A stretch of DNA of 64,000 bases from Candidatus Curtissbacteria bacterium (GTDB lineage Bacteria; Patescibacteriota; Microgenomatia; Curtissbacterales; GWA2-41-24), in the NCBI GenBank assembly GCA_030647775.1, contig JAUSJC010000010.1, positions 72,718 to 136,717 on the forward strand. The letters are read 5' to 3'. Shown here piece after piece: positions 19,419 through 29,021 of this stretch. Both the position numbers and the translations under genes were made by a program. How positions within the stretch are numbered: the first letter of the stretch is position 1; every line of letters starts with the position of its first letter. The notes under the pieces are model-generated. The model worked only from the letters and a program-made list of their open reading frames with translations. It was not told the DNA's origin and did no database searches.

Positions 19419-20018
19419 ATGGTTCAGCTTTTAGTTGCTATCCTTCTCCTGATCATCATGCTTTTGCTTTTGATGATCATTGTGGGATTTTTCTTTTTTC
19501 TATTTGATATCTTTCTGGAACTTCCGTACGTTGCTACCAAACGCCATAAGATCGATACGATCATTAAATTCGCCCAGATCAAACCTGGTCAAACTGTGGT
19601 TGATCTTGGGGCAGGCGACGGCAGATTACTCATCGCCTCCGCCCAAAAAGGCGCCAATGCCATTGGCTACGAGATTAACCCGTTTTTAATTTTAATAACG
19701 AGAATCAGAGCACACTTCTTGTCATTGCGATCCGCCAGCTGGCGGAGAAGCAGTCTCAAAAGAGGAGATCACCACGGTCATCAAGATGACCTCGCGATGA
19801 CAGGGAAGGTGATTGTTTATAAATCAAACCTCTGGCGCGCCGATCTGGCCGTCGCCGATGTCGTTTTTGTCTACGGCCGCCGCAAAACCATGCAAAAATT
19901 CCAGGATTTTGTTTATAAAAACGCCAGATCTGGCACAAGAGTTATTGTCAATACAAATCCTTTTCCAAATAAAAAGTACGTTAAATCAGAAAACGGAATT
20001 TTTCTATACAAAATATAA
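19419..20018 (+). CDS. Membrane-anchored class I SAM-dependent methyltransferase
   Basis: PYVAT, VDLGAGDGR and GYEINP motifs; 27-codon in-frame palindrome at 19721-19801. Confidence 0.85.
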   Translation: MVQLLVAILLLIIMLLLLMIIVGFFFFLFDIFLELPYVATKRHKIDTIIKFAQIKPGQTVVDLGAGDGRLLIASAQKGANAIGYEINPFLILITRIRAHFLSLRSASWRRSSLKRGDHHGHQDDLAMTGKVIVYKSNLWRADLAVADVVFVYGRRKTMQKFQDFVYKNARSGTRVIVNTNPFPNKKYVKSENGIFLYKI

Positions 20019-20030
20019 TACGCATTGTCG

Positions 20031-20305
20031 CCTGCCCCGTAGAATTGCAGCACGAGTCGTCTATGGATAATAGTGACCTGCCCGCAATGCTACGCATAGC
20101 GTTGCAGGCGGGAAAGGCGAGTGCTAAAATTCAGTGGGGTCAACACCAACCCGTTTCCAACAAAAAAGGCTATCAAAGAAGAAAACGGCATATTTTTGTA
20201 CATCCGTTAGCCTGCCCCGTAAAATTGCAGCACGAGCCGTGTTCGGATAGAACTAAAAAGGCGAGTGCTAAAATTCATCGGGGCGTTTTTCTTTATAAAG
20301 TTTAA
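20031..20305 (+). repeat. Two CCTGCCCCGT..AATTGCAGCAC/GTGCTAAAATTCA..GGGG elements, each followed by an alternative methyltransferase C-terminus
   Basis: Elements at 20031-20139 and 20211-20283; alternative ends at 20139-20210 and 20282-20305. Confidence 0.88.
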
Positions 20306-20611
20306 CCCTACAGGCCTAGCTAAAATTGTCTCCAAAAATTAGTCCAAAAAGCAAAAGTTATTTTTTAAAACTGACCACCCAGCCACAAATATGGAAAGGT
20401 GGCTTAGTCAAAAATTAATTAAATCGTTACTAAAACCCGGGATTTTGGCATTTTTTAAAGGAGTATTTGCCAAAAAACTGTCAAAAACGACTGAAATTGC
20501 CAAAATTGGCAATAAAAAAAGATTTCCGCTCGGAAATCTTTAAGAGTTATCTTTTCTAATTATAACAAACCATGTCAACCATCGGCAATACAGCAAAACT
20601 ACTAGGGGATA

Positions 20612-21625
20612 TTAAAATCTGGTCGCGCGAAGTAAAAACCATCTTAGCGTGTCGGCCGCACTAAGAAGCCTATATAAAGTAGGATCTAAGACCAAATCAT
20701 ATGTTCCCACGTACTCCACGTGCCTGGCCCCATAACCAGCCTTAAATCTATGGAACCCATACCACGGGTCATTGGTGTCTGGCTCCGGGCCAAGCGCCCC
20801 CCACATATCAAATGTTTTAAGCTCTAATTTTTTACCCAGTCTGATTGCCTCCCAAGCAAGCAGGTTCGAAGCCATTACATCTTTATACTTTGTCGACGAT
20901 CCGCCATACGGGTAATATAGTGTGTCGCCAAAGCTAAAAAGCATCCAAGCCACAAGCGGTTTTTTATTGTACTTGGCGATCATTACTCGTGCCATTCTGG
21001 AATCTTTTAAAGTTTTCCAAGCCAAACGGTGATAGGTGGGTGTATGGCCAAAATATTTCTGGCGTTTGGTCGTTTCAAAGTAAAGTTTTAGGTAAATCTC
21101 AAAGTCTTTATCCTCCACCGAGTCATAAACTTCCACGCCCTTTTTCTGCGCCACTTTTATGTTGTAACGTGTCTTTGGATGCATCCCGGCCAAAATTTGC
21201 TCTTCGGATCGGGTCAAATCCAGCACGAAATTGTATTTGGTGAACAGCGCCTTCTTGGCCTTTACCAATCCTAATTTTTCTATGTTTTGAGTTTGGAGTT
21301 TTGAGTTTGGAGTTTGAATCACGTCCGGTTCAATCTTAATAAACGCCGCATTTTTCTCCCGTCCAATAGCTTCGAGCGCGTCGACCATTCCCTTATCCGG
21401 CATCGGTCCTTTTGGGAAATAGCCGATTGTCCAGTTCAGTTTTGGTACTTTATGGAATGTTAGCTGGTAAGCTTTCTTCAGGGTCCGACCCTCGAAATGC
21501 CCGACCCGCACAACGTCTACTCCAGTTTTCTTCCTAAATTCCCCCCATTCCCACGACTGGATTATATGGGAAGCTTGTTTGTCGTAAGCAGTGCGGACTT
21601 TGTCAGTCAGTATTCTGTAGGACAT
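20612..21625 (-). CDS. FemAB/FemX-family peptidoglycan bridge peptidyltransferase
   Basis: IIQSWEWGEFR, YFPKGP, KTRYNIK, YPYGGS and GFHRFKAGYG motifs. The alternative start at 21643 lies inside a repeat. Confidence 0.88.
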   Translation of the reverse strand: MSYRILTDKVRTAYDKQASHIIQSWEWGEFRKKTGVDVVRVGHFEGRTLKKAYQLTFHKVPKLNWTIGYFPKGPMPDKGMVDALEAIGREKNAAFIKIEPDVIQTPNSKLQTQNIEKLGLVKAKKALFTKYNFVLDLTRSEEQILAGMHPKTRYNIKVAQKKGVEVYDSVEDKDFEIYLKLYFETTKRQKYFGHTPTYHRLAWKTLKDSRMARVMIAKYNKKPLVAWMLFSFGDTLYYPYGGSSTKYKDVMASNLLAWEAIRLGKKLELKTFDMWGALGPEPDTNDPWYGFHRFKAGYGARHVEYVGTYDLVLDPTLYRLLSAADTLRWFLLRATRF

Positions 21626-21799
21626 ATACTCTTCTTCCGTCATCCTGAACTGACACCTGTGTCATCCCGAACTCGTTTCGGGATCTGTCTTGTTTCAGGA
21701 TCTTTTTTGAGATGCTGAACTGAATTCAGCATGACATGGTACTGTTGATTTTAACCGATTCAACTTGCTTTTGCAGTTTAGACATACTAATCTTAAATT

Positions 21800-22294
21800 A
21801 TGCCTGCCCTTCTTGCTAAACGTCTTGCCGCTCTTGCCAGCATTATTGTCTTCTCACTCTTTGCTGCCGGTGAAGTCCTCGCCGGGTCCGGCTTGGTTTC
21901 CACTGTCGGCGGAGCGACTTTTATCCAAGGCGCAAAACATTTTTGGGTAACGTCCGCTACTCCGACTTTTTCCGGAGTAACTACGGCAGGAGCTAAAGTT
22001 ACCGGGACCATCGGCACTCAAGCAGTTTCAGCAACAGCCGATTCTGCCGGCAACTGGTCCTGGACCGCAGCCGCTCTTTCCGGTGATACGGCAGTTTCAA
22101 TAACATCCGGCGCAACAACCGCCAGCTTTACGCTGACAATCGGGGCAGTTCCGGCCAGTATTGCCTCATCAAGCGCGTCATCTCTCGCCCCTGCCGGTTC
22201 AATCAGCCCGACGATTTTGTTCCTCGCCGGCGGTTCCAGCCTGATTTTACTTGGGAGTTTTGGTCTCGCCAAAAGCCTTCGCACGCAAAGCTAA
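21800..22294 (+). CDS. Secreted Ig-like protein with C-terminal anchor (LAPAG-TM-basic)
   Basis: Signal peptide; TPTFSG..ADSAGNWSW Big-like motif. Confidence 0.65.
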   Translation: MPALLAKRLAALASIIVFSLFAAGEVLAGSGLVSTVGGATFIQGAKHFWVTSATPTFSGVTTAGAKVTGTIGTQAVSATADSAGNWSWTAAALSGDTAVSITSGATTASFTLTIGAVPASIASSSASSLAPAGSISPTILFLAGGSSLILLGSFGLAKSLRTQS

Positions 22295-23029
22295 AAATCC
22301 AATTAAATTCCCGATTAAAAGCGCCGCCAAAAAAAACTCCACTGCCGGTGCAATTTTTGAAATTATTATCGCCAAAACCGCAACCAATACCCCAAACGGA
22401 TACTTAAAATACCCCCAGCTTGGTGAAGTAATCGGCTCCGGCAACATTACCAGCGCGAAAAGCATAAAAGACCCGTCAACTAGAGTTTTAAAAGCATAAG
22501 CAGGAGTCATTAGAAATGAAAGATAAACAAAATAAACAGCCAAAAATGTTATTGGAATCCAAAGACGCTTGAGCCGCCATAAAATCCAAGCCATCGCCGG
22601 CACAAGTATCAAAAGTTCTGACTTTCCCCAAGCCACGCCCCACCAGACAACACTAGTCCCCGCAACCAGATTTACCGCCATAATACCAAAAGCGGCCGGG
22701 TTAAAAATATGCCTGCGAATTCCTGCACCGATAAATTGTTTGGACAATGAAGCAAAGATCGCGGCAATCGCCACAACCCAAATTTTTTCGGTCGGGGCGA
22801 TAATCAAACCAATCAAAAATCCTGAAACGAAAGAAGAGGCGGGCAGGTAAAGCTTTCGAGATCGAAGATAGGTTATCGCTAAGTCACAAATAGTGACTAT
22901 CCCAACGGCAAGAATTGGATAAACGAATGAGTTAAGTATCCGAAAGTGCCAAACAGCGAGAAGCCAGACCGCCGTAAGAACTAAAACAACTTGTAATCGG
23001 CTATCCCTAAAAAGCTTTAGTAGACCCAC
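22247..23029 (-). CDS. RnfD/NqrB-like membrane protein
   Basis: SKQFI..RHIFNPAAFG and MLPEPITSP motifs. Confidence 0.75.
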   Translation of the reverse strand: MGLLKLFRDSRLQVVLVLTAVWLLAVWHFRILNSFVYPILAVGIVTICDLAITYLRSRKLYLPASSFVSGFLIGLIIAPTEKIWVVAIAAIFASLSKQFIGAGIRRHIFNPAAFGIMAVNLVAGTSVVWWGVAWGKSELLILVPAMAWILWRLKRLWIPITFLAVYFVYLSFLMTPAYAFKTLVDGSFMLFALVMLPEPITSPSWGYFKYPFGVLVAVLAIIISKIAPAVEFFLAALLIGNLIGFLALRAKAFGETKTPK

Positions 23030-23043
23030 GAATCAATTTTACA

Positions 23044-23622
23044 TTAAATCAACTTAAACAATTTCAGTATCAAATAAGGTTCCGCTAGTCCCACAATTGC
23101 CCCGGTCAAAACTTGTGCCAAAGTATGTTTTTTAAGATAAATCCGAGCATATGCAATCGGTAGAGTTAAAAGAAAAAACCAAAGGAATCTCCAATCGTAA
23201 AGAAAGTTTATTAAAAACAATGATCCAAAAGCCATAAACACGTGCCCGCTAATTTTAAAGAAAAAAGTTATTCCCAAAAGAGTCAGTCCCATCAGAAGAG
23301 CCGTTAAATGCAAAGTAAAAAACAATTGATTGCTAAATAAAAAAGAAATAATTGTACCAATCAAAAAAAGTACGTTTGCCAAGCCGAATAAGAGATACCT
23401 CTCATGTCTATTAGTTACATCTATGTCGCTTACCTTACCAGTTTTCATCAAAAACTTAAAACCGACAATCGGGCAAATCACGTCAATAAGGGCCAAAAGA
23501 GGCAAAAGAATTATTATTTGATTTTGCCAAAGACCAGTTTTAGCAATTGCCGTCAAGAGAAGTAAAGGAAACCAAAAATAAGAATCGAAAACGCGGGAAA
23601 TTATTTTCGCAAACTTTCTCAT
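23044..23622 (-). CDS. PAP2-like membrane phosphatase
   Basis: KISGH and ARIYLKKHTLAQV motifs. Confidence 0.7.
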   Translation of the reverse strand: MRKFAKIISRVFDSYFWFPLLLLTAIAKTGLWQNQIIILLPLLALIDVICPIVGFKFLMKTGKVSDIDVTNRHERYLLFGLANVLFLIGTIISFLFSNQLFFTLHLTALLMGLTLLGITFFFKISGHVFMAFGSLFLINFLYDWRFLWFFLLTLPIAYARIYLKKHTLAQVLTGAIVGLAEPYLILKLFKLI

Positions 23623-25535
23623 ATCGCTGTTACTAGCTCTTCCGGTATATCGATAATAAACCTCGAAACCAAATTGGCGCTGGTTGTTCCAAAATAAAGC
23701 CGGTTGGCGGCATAAGAAAGATAAAGTTTTTTCCTGGCCCGCGTCAGCCCCACATAGGCCAGCCGTCTCTCCTCCTCAATTTGCCCCGGGTCCAGCATGC
23801 TCCTGGAATGCGGAAACAGCCCTTCTTCCATGCCCACAATAAACACGTTATCGAATTCCAGCCCTTTGGCGGCATGAATTGTCATTAGCGTCACAAAATC
23901 TTTTTCAATCGGCAGTTCATACGATTTTTCCGGTGCCACTTTTCCTTCCATTAAAGTTACGTTTTCCAGAAACTGCGGCAAGTTCTCAAAATCCGCCGCT
24001 ACTGATTTTAATTCCTTTACGTTTTCTACCCGCGACAAACCTTCTTCCGTCCCATCATCTATAACTTTCAAATAATCCGTAGCTTCCAAAACTTTATCAA
24101 TAAGCTCGATCGGCTTGGGTAGGGTCCGACCCTCACCCACGTCATCATCGTGTTTTTTGTGCCTAGGGTCGGACCCTATGCCGCGCAGAGTTAACTTCTC
24201 GCGAAGCTCGTCGAATTTCTCAAAGCGCCTTTTGCCAAGTTTAAATGTCCTGTTTTTAGAAACCGTGTCGCGCGGATTGGCGATCAGCCTCAAATAAGCC
24301 ATTACATCTTTAACTTCTTTTCGCGCGTAAAAGCTAACGCCGCCGTAAAGTTTATAGGGAATGTTAGAGTGGAGAAACGCTTCTTCGACAGTCCTTGATT
24401 GTGCGTTTGTCCGGTACAAAATGGCAAAAGAAGAAAGCGGCAATCGCGAGCCAAAAATCCTGTCGACGATAAAGTTAGCTTCATCCACCTCGTTCATCGC
24501 GCCGTAGACGCTTATCTTTTCTCCGGTATCGTTTTGCGTCCACAGCTTTAAAACCGGATGGGAAGCATTTTGGGAAATTATTTTGTTGGCGGCCGACAAG
24601 ATATTACCCGTCGATCTGTAGTTTTGTTCAAGGTTAAAGACTTTTGCGCTCGGGAAATCGTTTTTGAAGTTTAAAATATTCCTAAAATCGGCTCCGCGGA
24701 AAGAATAAATTGCCTGCGAAGCGTCGCCGACGACCGTCAAATTTCCATGTGTCGATGCCAAAAGTTTCGTCAGTTGGTACTGGGACGTATTAACATCCTG
24801 ATATTCGTCAACTAAAACATATTCAAACCTTCCGGCCCACTTTTCCAAAATTTGAGGACTCGTTTCAAAAAGCTTGACCGTCTGCATCAGTAAATCGTCA
24901 AAATCACAGGCGTTAATCTCGAGTAGCGTCTTTTGATAAAGGTTATAAACTTTGGAAACCGTCTCCCCAAAATAACCCCGCGCAAATTGGGCGTAGTCGG
25001 AAGGCAGCAGAAGTTCTCCTTTTGCCCCGGAAATCGCGTTTAAAATTGAACTTGGCTTGAAACTTTTTGGGGGGATATCCAAATCCTTCATAATACTTTT
25101 CACCAAACTCAAACTATCACTGCTGTCATAAATCAAATAGCCGCTGGGGATCCCGATGTGTTTTCCGTCAAATCTCAAAAGCTTGGCGCAAAAGGCATGG
25201 AAGGTGCCTACGTATGGGGAGTCGTTTATCGTTAATCGATTATTGTCATTCTGGAGCGAAGCGATAGAATCTCTAGATCCTATCGTGGTCGTTGCCACTC
25301 CAGGATGACGGTGAAGGAGCTGATACACCCTCTCTTTCATTTCATTGGCCGCTTTATTGGTGAACGTCACGGCTATAATGTTTGAAGGCTTTATTCCCTT
25401 GGAAATTAAATACGCCACTTTATACGTCAAGACTCTCGTCTTCCCACTACCGGCTCCGGCCATAATCAAAACCGGCCCTTCGGTAGCCAAAACCGCTTCC
25501 TTCTGTGCCGGGTCAAGGTCTTTCAAAATATCCAT
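23619..25535 (-). CDS. pcrA: ATP-dependent DNA helicase PcrA/UvrD
   Basis: AGAGSGKT, DEYQD, QNYRS, LYRTNAQS, HAAKGLEF and EEERRL motifs. Confidence 0.93.
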   Translation of the reverse strand: MDILKDLDPAQKEAVLATEGPVLIMAGAGSGKTRVLTYKVAYLISKGIKPSNIIAVTFTNKAANEMKERVYQLLHRHPGVATTTIGSRDSIASLQNDNNRLTINDSPYVGTFHAFCAKLLRFDGKHIGIPSGYLIYDSSDSLSLVKSIMKDLDIPPKSFKPSSILNAISGAKGELLLPSDYAQFARGYFGETVSKVYNLYQKTLLEINACDFDDLLMQTVKLFETSPQILEKWAGRFEYVLVDEYQDVNTSQYQLTKLLASTHGNLTVVGDASQAIYSFRGADFRNILNFKNDFPSAKVFNLEQNYRSTGNILSAANKIISQNASHPVLKLWTQNDTGEKISVYGAMNEVDEANFIVDRIFGSRLPLSSFAILYRTNAQSRTVEEAFLHSNIPYKLYGGVSFYARKEVKDVMAYLRLIANPRDTVSKNRTFKLGKRRFEKFDELREKLTLRGIGSDPRHKKHDDDVGEGRTLPKPIELIDKVLEATDYLKVIDDGTEEGLSRVENVKELKSVAADFENLPQFLENVTLMEGKVAPEKSYELPIEKDFVTLMTIHAAKGLEFDNVFIVGMEEGLFPHSRSMLDPGQIEEERRLAYVGLTRARKKLYLSYAANRLYFGTTSANLVSRFIIDIPEELVTAI

Positions 25536-25626
25536 AATTGCCTTGTGATTATAACAATATGAAGACTCCAGTTTTGCCGCAAAAATTTTTATTGCAAAAA
25601 AAAACCAACTGTGATCTAATTGAATT

Positions 25627-26208
25627 ATGGTAGGAGTCGGTGGAGAACCAATACCCGGAGCAAACGGAGATCAGGCCGAACCAGGAAATGAGGCTCCAGT
25701 CGCTTCAGAAAGAACCGAAGAACAGCAAAAGGTCGAAGCCCTGTTTGATAAAGTAAGTGAGGTAAATCAACAACTGGATGGAGGACTTGCGTATGATATT
25801 CAGGTAAGCGATGGCACATCTCTTCTTCTATTTAGGGCGGTTGGGAGCCAGGCTGGACACCTGTATGGTGCGCATTCAAATGAAGGCCCAGTTTGTCTTA
25901 CAGATACGGCAAAACATAAAAATGATTTCTTGGGTCCTGGTGCTTGGTATGCTCGCCTGCCTGAGGGTTTCAAAACAGGTGAGAAAAAGTTAGACCCCAC
26001 AGACTACTTTCCAGTTTCAGGTGACCATGAAGAGTGGCAGAAAGCGTTTACCAGTTCAAGAGACTCCATACTTAGAGATCGAGTGGAAATAGAAAGAATT
26101 AGAGCTAAAAGAACTAAGAGCTTAGACCAAGCGCTTGATATTGTCTCCAAGCCTGTTGATATTAACGCACCTCCCCCTGCAGTCGGTCCTGCTCCTCAAG
26201 GCAGTTAG
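25627..26208 (+). CDS. Hypothetical protein
   Basis: 193-aa ORF filling the gap between pcrA and trxA; no recognised motif. Confidence 0.6.
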   Translation: MVGVGGEPIPGANGDQAEPGNEAPVASERTEEQQKVEALFDKVSEVNQQLDGGLAYDIQVSDGTSLLLFRAVGSQAGHLYGAHSNEGPVCLTDTAKHKNDFLGPGAWYARLPEGFKTGEKKLDPTDYFPVSGDHEEWQKAFTSSRDSILRDRVEIERIRAKRTKSLDQALDIVSKPVDINAPPPAVGPAPQGS

Positions 26209-26237
26209 TTAGTTCTCGACAAGCTCGAACAATAATT

Positions 26238-26276
26238 TTAGGCTAGTTTACTAGCCCCATGGCACTGTATATAATT
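26238..26276 (+). promoter_or_regulatory. Hairpin + CATGGCACTGTATATAAT promoter-type repeat (also 57521-57599 and 60232-60277)
   Basis: Near-identical motif ending in TATAAT 6-11 nt before the ATG of three unrelated genes. Confidence 0.7.
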
Positions 26277-26282
26277 ACAGCT

Positions 26283-26540
26283 ATGGTCAAACTTTTGGAC
26301 TTCTGGGCTACCTGGTGCGGCCCTTGCAAATTTATGGAGCCAATTGTCGAAGAACTGGAAAAAGAACTAGCAGGTAAAGTCGAAATCGAAAAGATCAACG
26401 TCGACGAAAGACAGGAAATGGCCGCCAAATACGGCGTAATGTCTATCCCGACTTATGTTGTTATAAAAGACGACAAAGAAGTTGCAAGAATAATTGGCGC
26501 TACTTCCAAAGATAATCTCACTAAGGCGTTGGGAATTTAA
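26283..26540 (+). CDS. trxA: Thioredoxin
   Basis: DFWATWCGPCK and SIPT motifs. Confidence 0.93.
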   Translation: MVKLLDFWATWCGPCKFMEPIVEELEKELAGKVEIEKINVDERQEMAAKYGVMSIPTYVVIKDDKEVARIIGATSKDNLTKALGI

Positions 26541-26543
26541 TAT

Positions 26544-27200
26544 ATGGAAAATCTCCCTCTGGTTGTTGCTAACTTTAAGGCCAATAAAACGTGGGATGAA
26601 GTTTCAAGCTGGATCGATGAGATTGGTCCGGCCGCAGAAAAATTTGGCGGCACGATAGTTGTCTGCCCTCCCATGGCCTTTCTAGGCCAAACTGCCGAAA
26701 AAATTGCCAAAGAATCACCAAAAATTAAAATCGCGGTGCAGGACATCTCCCAATTTGCACAAGGACGCTACACAGGCGAAGTTGCCGCATCCCAAATCAA
26801 AGGGCTAGCAGCTTATGCAATAATTGGCCATTCGGAAAGACGCACAAATTTCGGCGAGGATGATAAAATACTGACACTCAAGGTTCAAATGGCCAAAGAG
26901 GCAGGCATTGAACCTATTTTTTGTATTCAAGATGAAAATACTATGATTCCCGAAGGTATCGAAATTGTGGCATATGAGCCGGTTTTTGCTGTTGGAACAG
27001 GCAATCCTGATAGTCCCCAAAATGTTAAAAAAATTGCGCAGGCGGTCAAACAGAAAAGAGATTTGACCGTACTTTACGGCGGCTCGGTGACAGCGGATAA
27101 TGCCAAAAGCTTTTTAGAAGAAGGCGCGGTTGACGGAGTTTTAATTGGTCAAAGAAGCACTGATGCCCAATTTTTCCTGGGAATTTTAAAGTCAATTTAG
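26544..27200 (+). CDS. tpiA: Triosephosphate isomerase
   Basis: NFK, GHSERR, AYEPVFAVGTG and YGGSV motifs. Confidence 0.93.
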   Translation: MENLPLVVANFKANKTWDEVSSWIDEIGPAAEKFGGTIVVCPPMAFLGQTAEKIAKESPKIKIAVQDISQFAQGRYTGEVAASQIKGLAAYAIIGHSERRTNFGEDDKILTLKVQMAKEAGIEPIFCIQDENTMIPEGIEIVAYEPVFAVGTGNPDSPQNVKKIAQAVKQKRDLTVLYGGSVTADNAKSFLEEGAVDGVLIGQRSTDAQFFLGILKSI

Positions 27201-27210
27201 AAAAATTTAT

Positions 27211-28347
27211 ATGTCTCCACAAAAAAGAAACGGTAATCGTTTTGTAAAAATTTTCGCCTTTGCCGCAGTTCTTTTTTTTGTGGCGCTTTTTGCCATAAAA
27301 TTTCTCCATCTTAGCCCTTTTGTCTTAAGCGGCCCAAAATCCGTTGTTCAGTTTCTAACCACGACAGGTCTCAAAAGCGATAATAACCGTACCAATATCC
27401 TGCTTCTCGGCGTCGGTGGAGAGGGTCATGACGGGCCATATCTAACGGATACAATGATGATCGCCTCCATCGATAAAGATGGCAAAGGTGTTGCCCTGAT
27501 TTCAATCCCGCGCGATATCTGGGTCCCGGACCAAAAAGAGAAGATTAACGCTGTTTATCCGAAGAACAATAACAATTTAAAAATAACCGAGCAGATAGTC
27601 ACCGGCCTTCTTGGTCTGCCGATCCACTACGGAGTGCGGATTGATTTTTCAGGTTTTGAAAGAGCAGTCGATTTGGTCGGCGGCCTCGATATTAATGTCG
27701 ATAACTCTTTTACGGACGCCAGATACCCAATCAACGGTAAAGAGAACGATACTTGCGGTATCCAGTTTGAGACAAAGCTGGAAAATGGAGTAGAGAATGT
27801 TTACTTTAAAGACGCTACCGGTTCGGCAACCCTTCTTATTCCAGAAGAAAATGATCCCTTCACCTGCCGCTACGAAACCCTTAAGTTCCAAAAAGGCCAA
27901 GCGCATATGGACGGCAAAACTGCTCTCAAGTATATCCGCTCCAGGCATGGTGACAACAATGAAGGGTCTGATTTTGCAAGAAGTACCCGCCAGGAAAAAG
28001 TCATCCTTGCTTTCCGCCAGAAAGTTCTGTCGGCAAGCACCCTCCTCAATCCAAAAAAGATCCTTAATCTGATAAACACTTTTGGCGGTTCTGTAGATAC
28101 TGACATTGGTTCTTCGGAAATTCCGTTTTTCCTAGAACTCTTTCCCAAGGTCGGCCAAAACGCGATCCGCAAAATTGCCTTGGATGCCGACAACGTCAAT
28201 TCGCGCTTAGAAGTTGGTGACTTTTCAATTTACGGTGGTTATGTCCTTCTGCCCAAAGGCGGCAGCTGGCAAGATCTGGCAGCTTACATTAAAGGGGAAA
28301 TTGAAAAAATCGCAACTCCATCGGCCACACCGGCAGCAAAAAATTAA
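27211..28347 (+). CDS. LytR-CpsA-Psr (LCP) family protein
   Basis: NILLLG, LTDTMM, SIPRD, RSRH and DFARSTRQ motifs. Confidence 0.92.
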   Translation: MSPQKRNGNRFVKIFAFAAVLFFVALFAIKFLHLSPFVLSGPKSVVQFLTTTGLKSDNNRTNILLLGVGGEGHDGPYLTDTMMIASIDKDGKGVALISIPRDIWVPDQKEKINAVYPKNNNNLKITEQIVTGLLGLPIHYGVRIDFSGFERAVDLVGGLDINVDNSFTDARYPINGKENDTCGIQFETKLENGVENVYFKDATGSATLLIPEENDPFTCRYETLKFQKGQAHMDGKTALKYIRSRHGDNNEGSDFARSTRQEKVILAFRQKVLSASTLLNPKKILNLINTFGGSVDTDIGSSEIPFFLELFPKVGQNAIRKIALDADNVNSRLEVGDFSIYGGYVLLPKGGSWQDLAAYIKGEIEKIATPSATPAAKN

Positions 28348-28385
28348 TAACCTTCGGATAAATTCGGAGTAAAAATTAGGATGAA

Positions 28386-28634
28386 TTAGGATCTATAGCT
28401 CGAAATAAACTTCAGCGTTCCAACGACGAATAAAGTCAGTCCGACAACAAAAATTATATAAGTTAAACCCGTCGATCCGGCATTGGGCAAACTGGAAGTG
28501 GTTCCGCCGCCGACTGCTGAACTTGTAGAAGCGCCAAGCAGAAAATCGCTTTTACTCTGCGCCATTACATTACCGGCAAATGTCATTGCTATCGAAAACG
28601 GAGTAACAAAAGAAGCTACGCGTAAAATTTTCAT
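28386..28634 (-). CDS. Small secreted protein with LPNAG-TM anchor
   Basis: Signal peptide, LPNAG, hydrophobic tail. Confidence 0.6.
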   Translation of the reverse strand: MKILRVASFVTPFSIAMTFAGNVMAQSKSDFLLGASTSSAVGGGTTSSLPNAGSTGLTYIIFVVGLTLFVVGTLKFISSYRS

Positions 28635-28690
28635 CGCCTTAAACCAAGTTAATATTTTTCGCCTCTTTTGTCAATGGACAGAGGCGAAAT

Positions 28691-28960
28691 TTACTTTGTT
28701 TTAGCAAAAAGTGCGGGTTTGGTTTTTGGAGCAAGTTTTTTAGATAAACGTGACTTAAGTCGAGCGGCTTTGTTGCGATGGATTACGTTTGTCTTTGCTG
28801 CCTTATCCAAAGCGCTGTAAGCGGCCGTTAGCAGTGCCGCAGTCGGATTTTTGCGAAACGCGCCAACCGCCTTTTTGTATTTGCTCCTAACAACTAGGTT
28901 AATTTCAGCCTTTCGTCTGTCTTGTCGGACCTTTTTTATTGCTTGTTTTATAACCGGCAT
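28691..28960 (-). CDS. rpsT: 30S ribosomal protein S20
   Basis: LDKAAK..IHRNKAARLKSRL. Confidence 0.95.
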   Translation of the reverse strand: MPVIKQAIKKVRQDRRKAEINLVVRSKYKKAVGAFRKNPTAALLTAAYSALDKAAKTNVIHRNKAARLKSRLSKKLAPKTKPALFAKTK

Positions 28961-29021
28961 ATCGTTTATATTGACCCTTGTTTAGGTTGCAGTCAATCCT
29001 TAAGAAAGCATTTTATCCGTA

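Noticed and set aside
20119-20272. GAGTGCTAA half-sites resembling CIRCE
   Set aside because: No TTAGCACTC at 9-bp spacing; they are arms of the hairpin element.
20045-20305. 86-aa ORF in the track
   Set aside because: It is translated repeat DNA ending in the displaced GVFLYKV tail; unlikely to be a gene.
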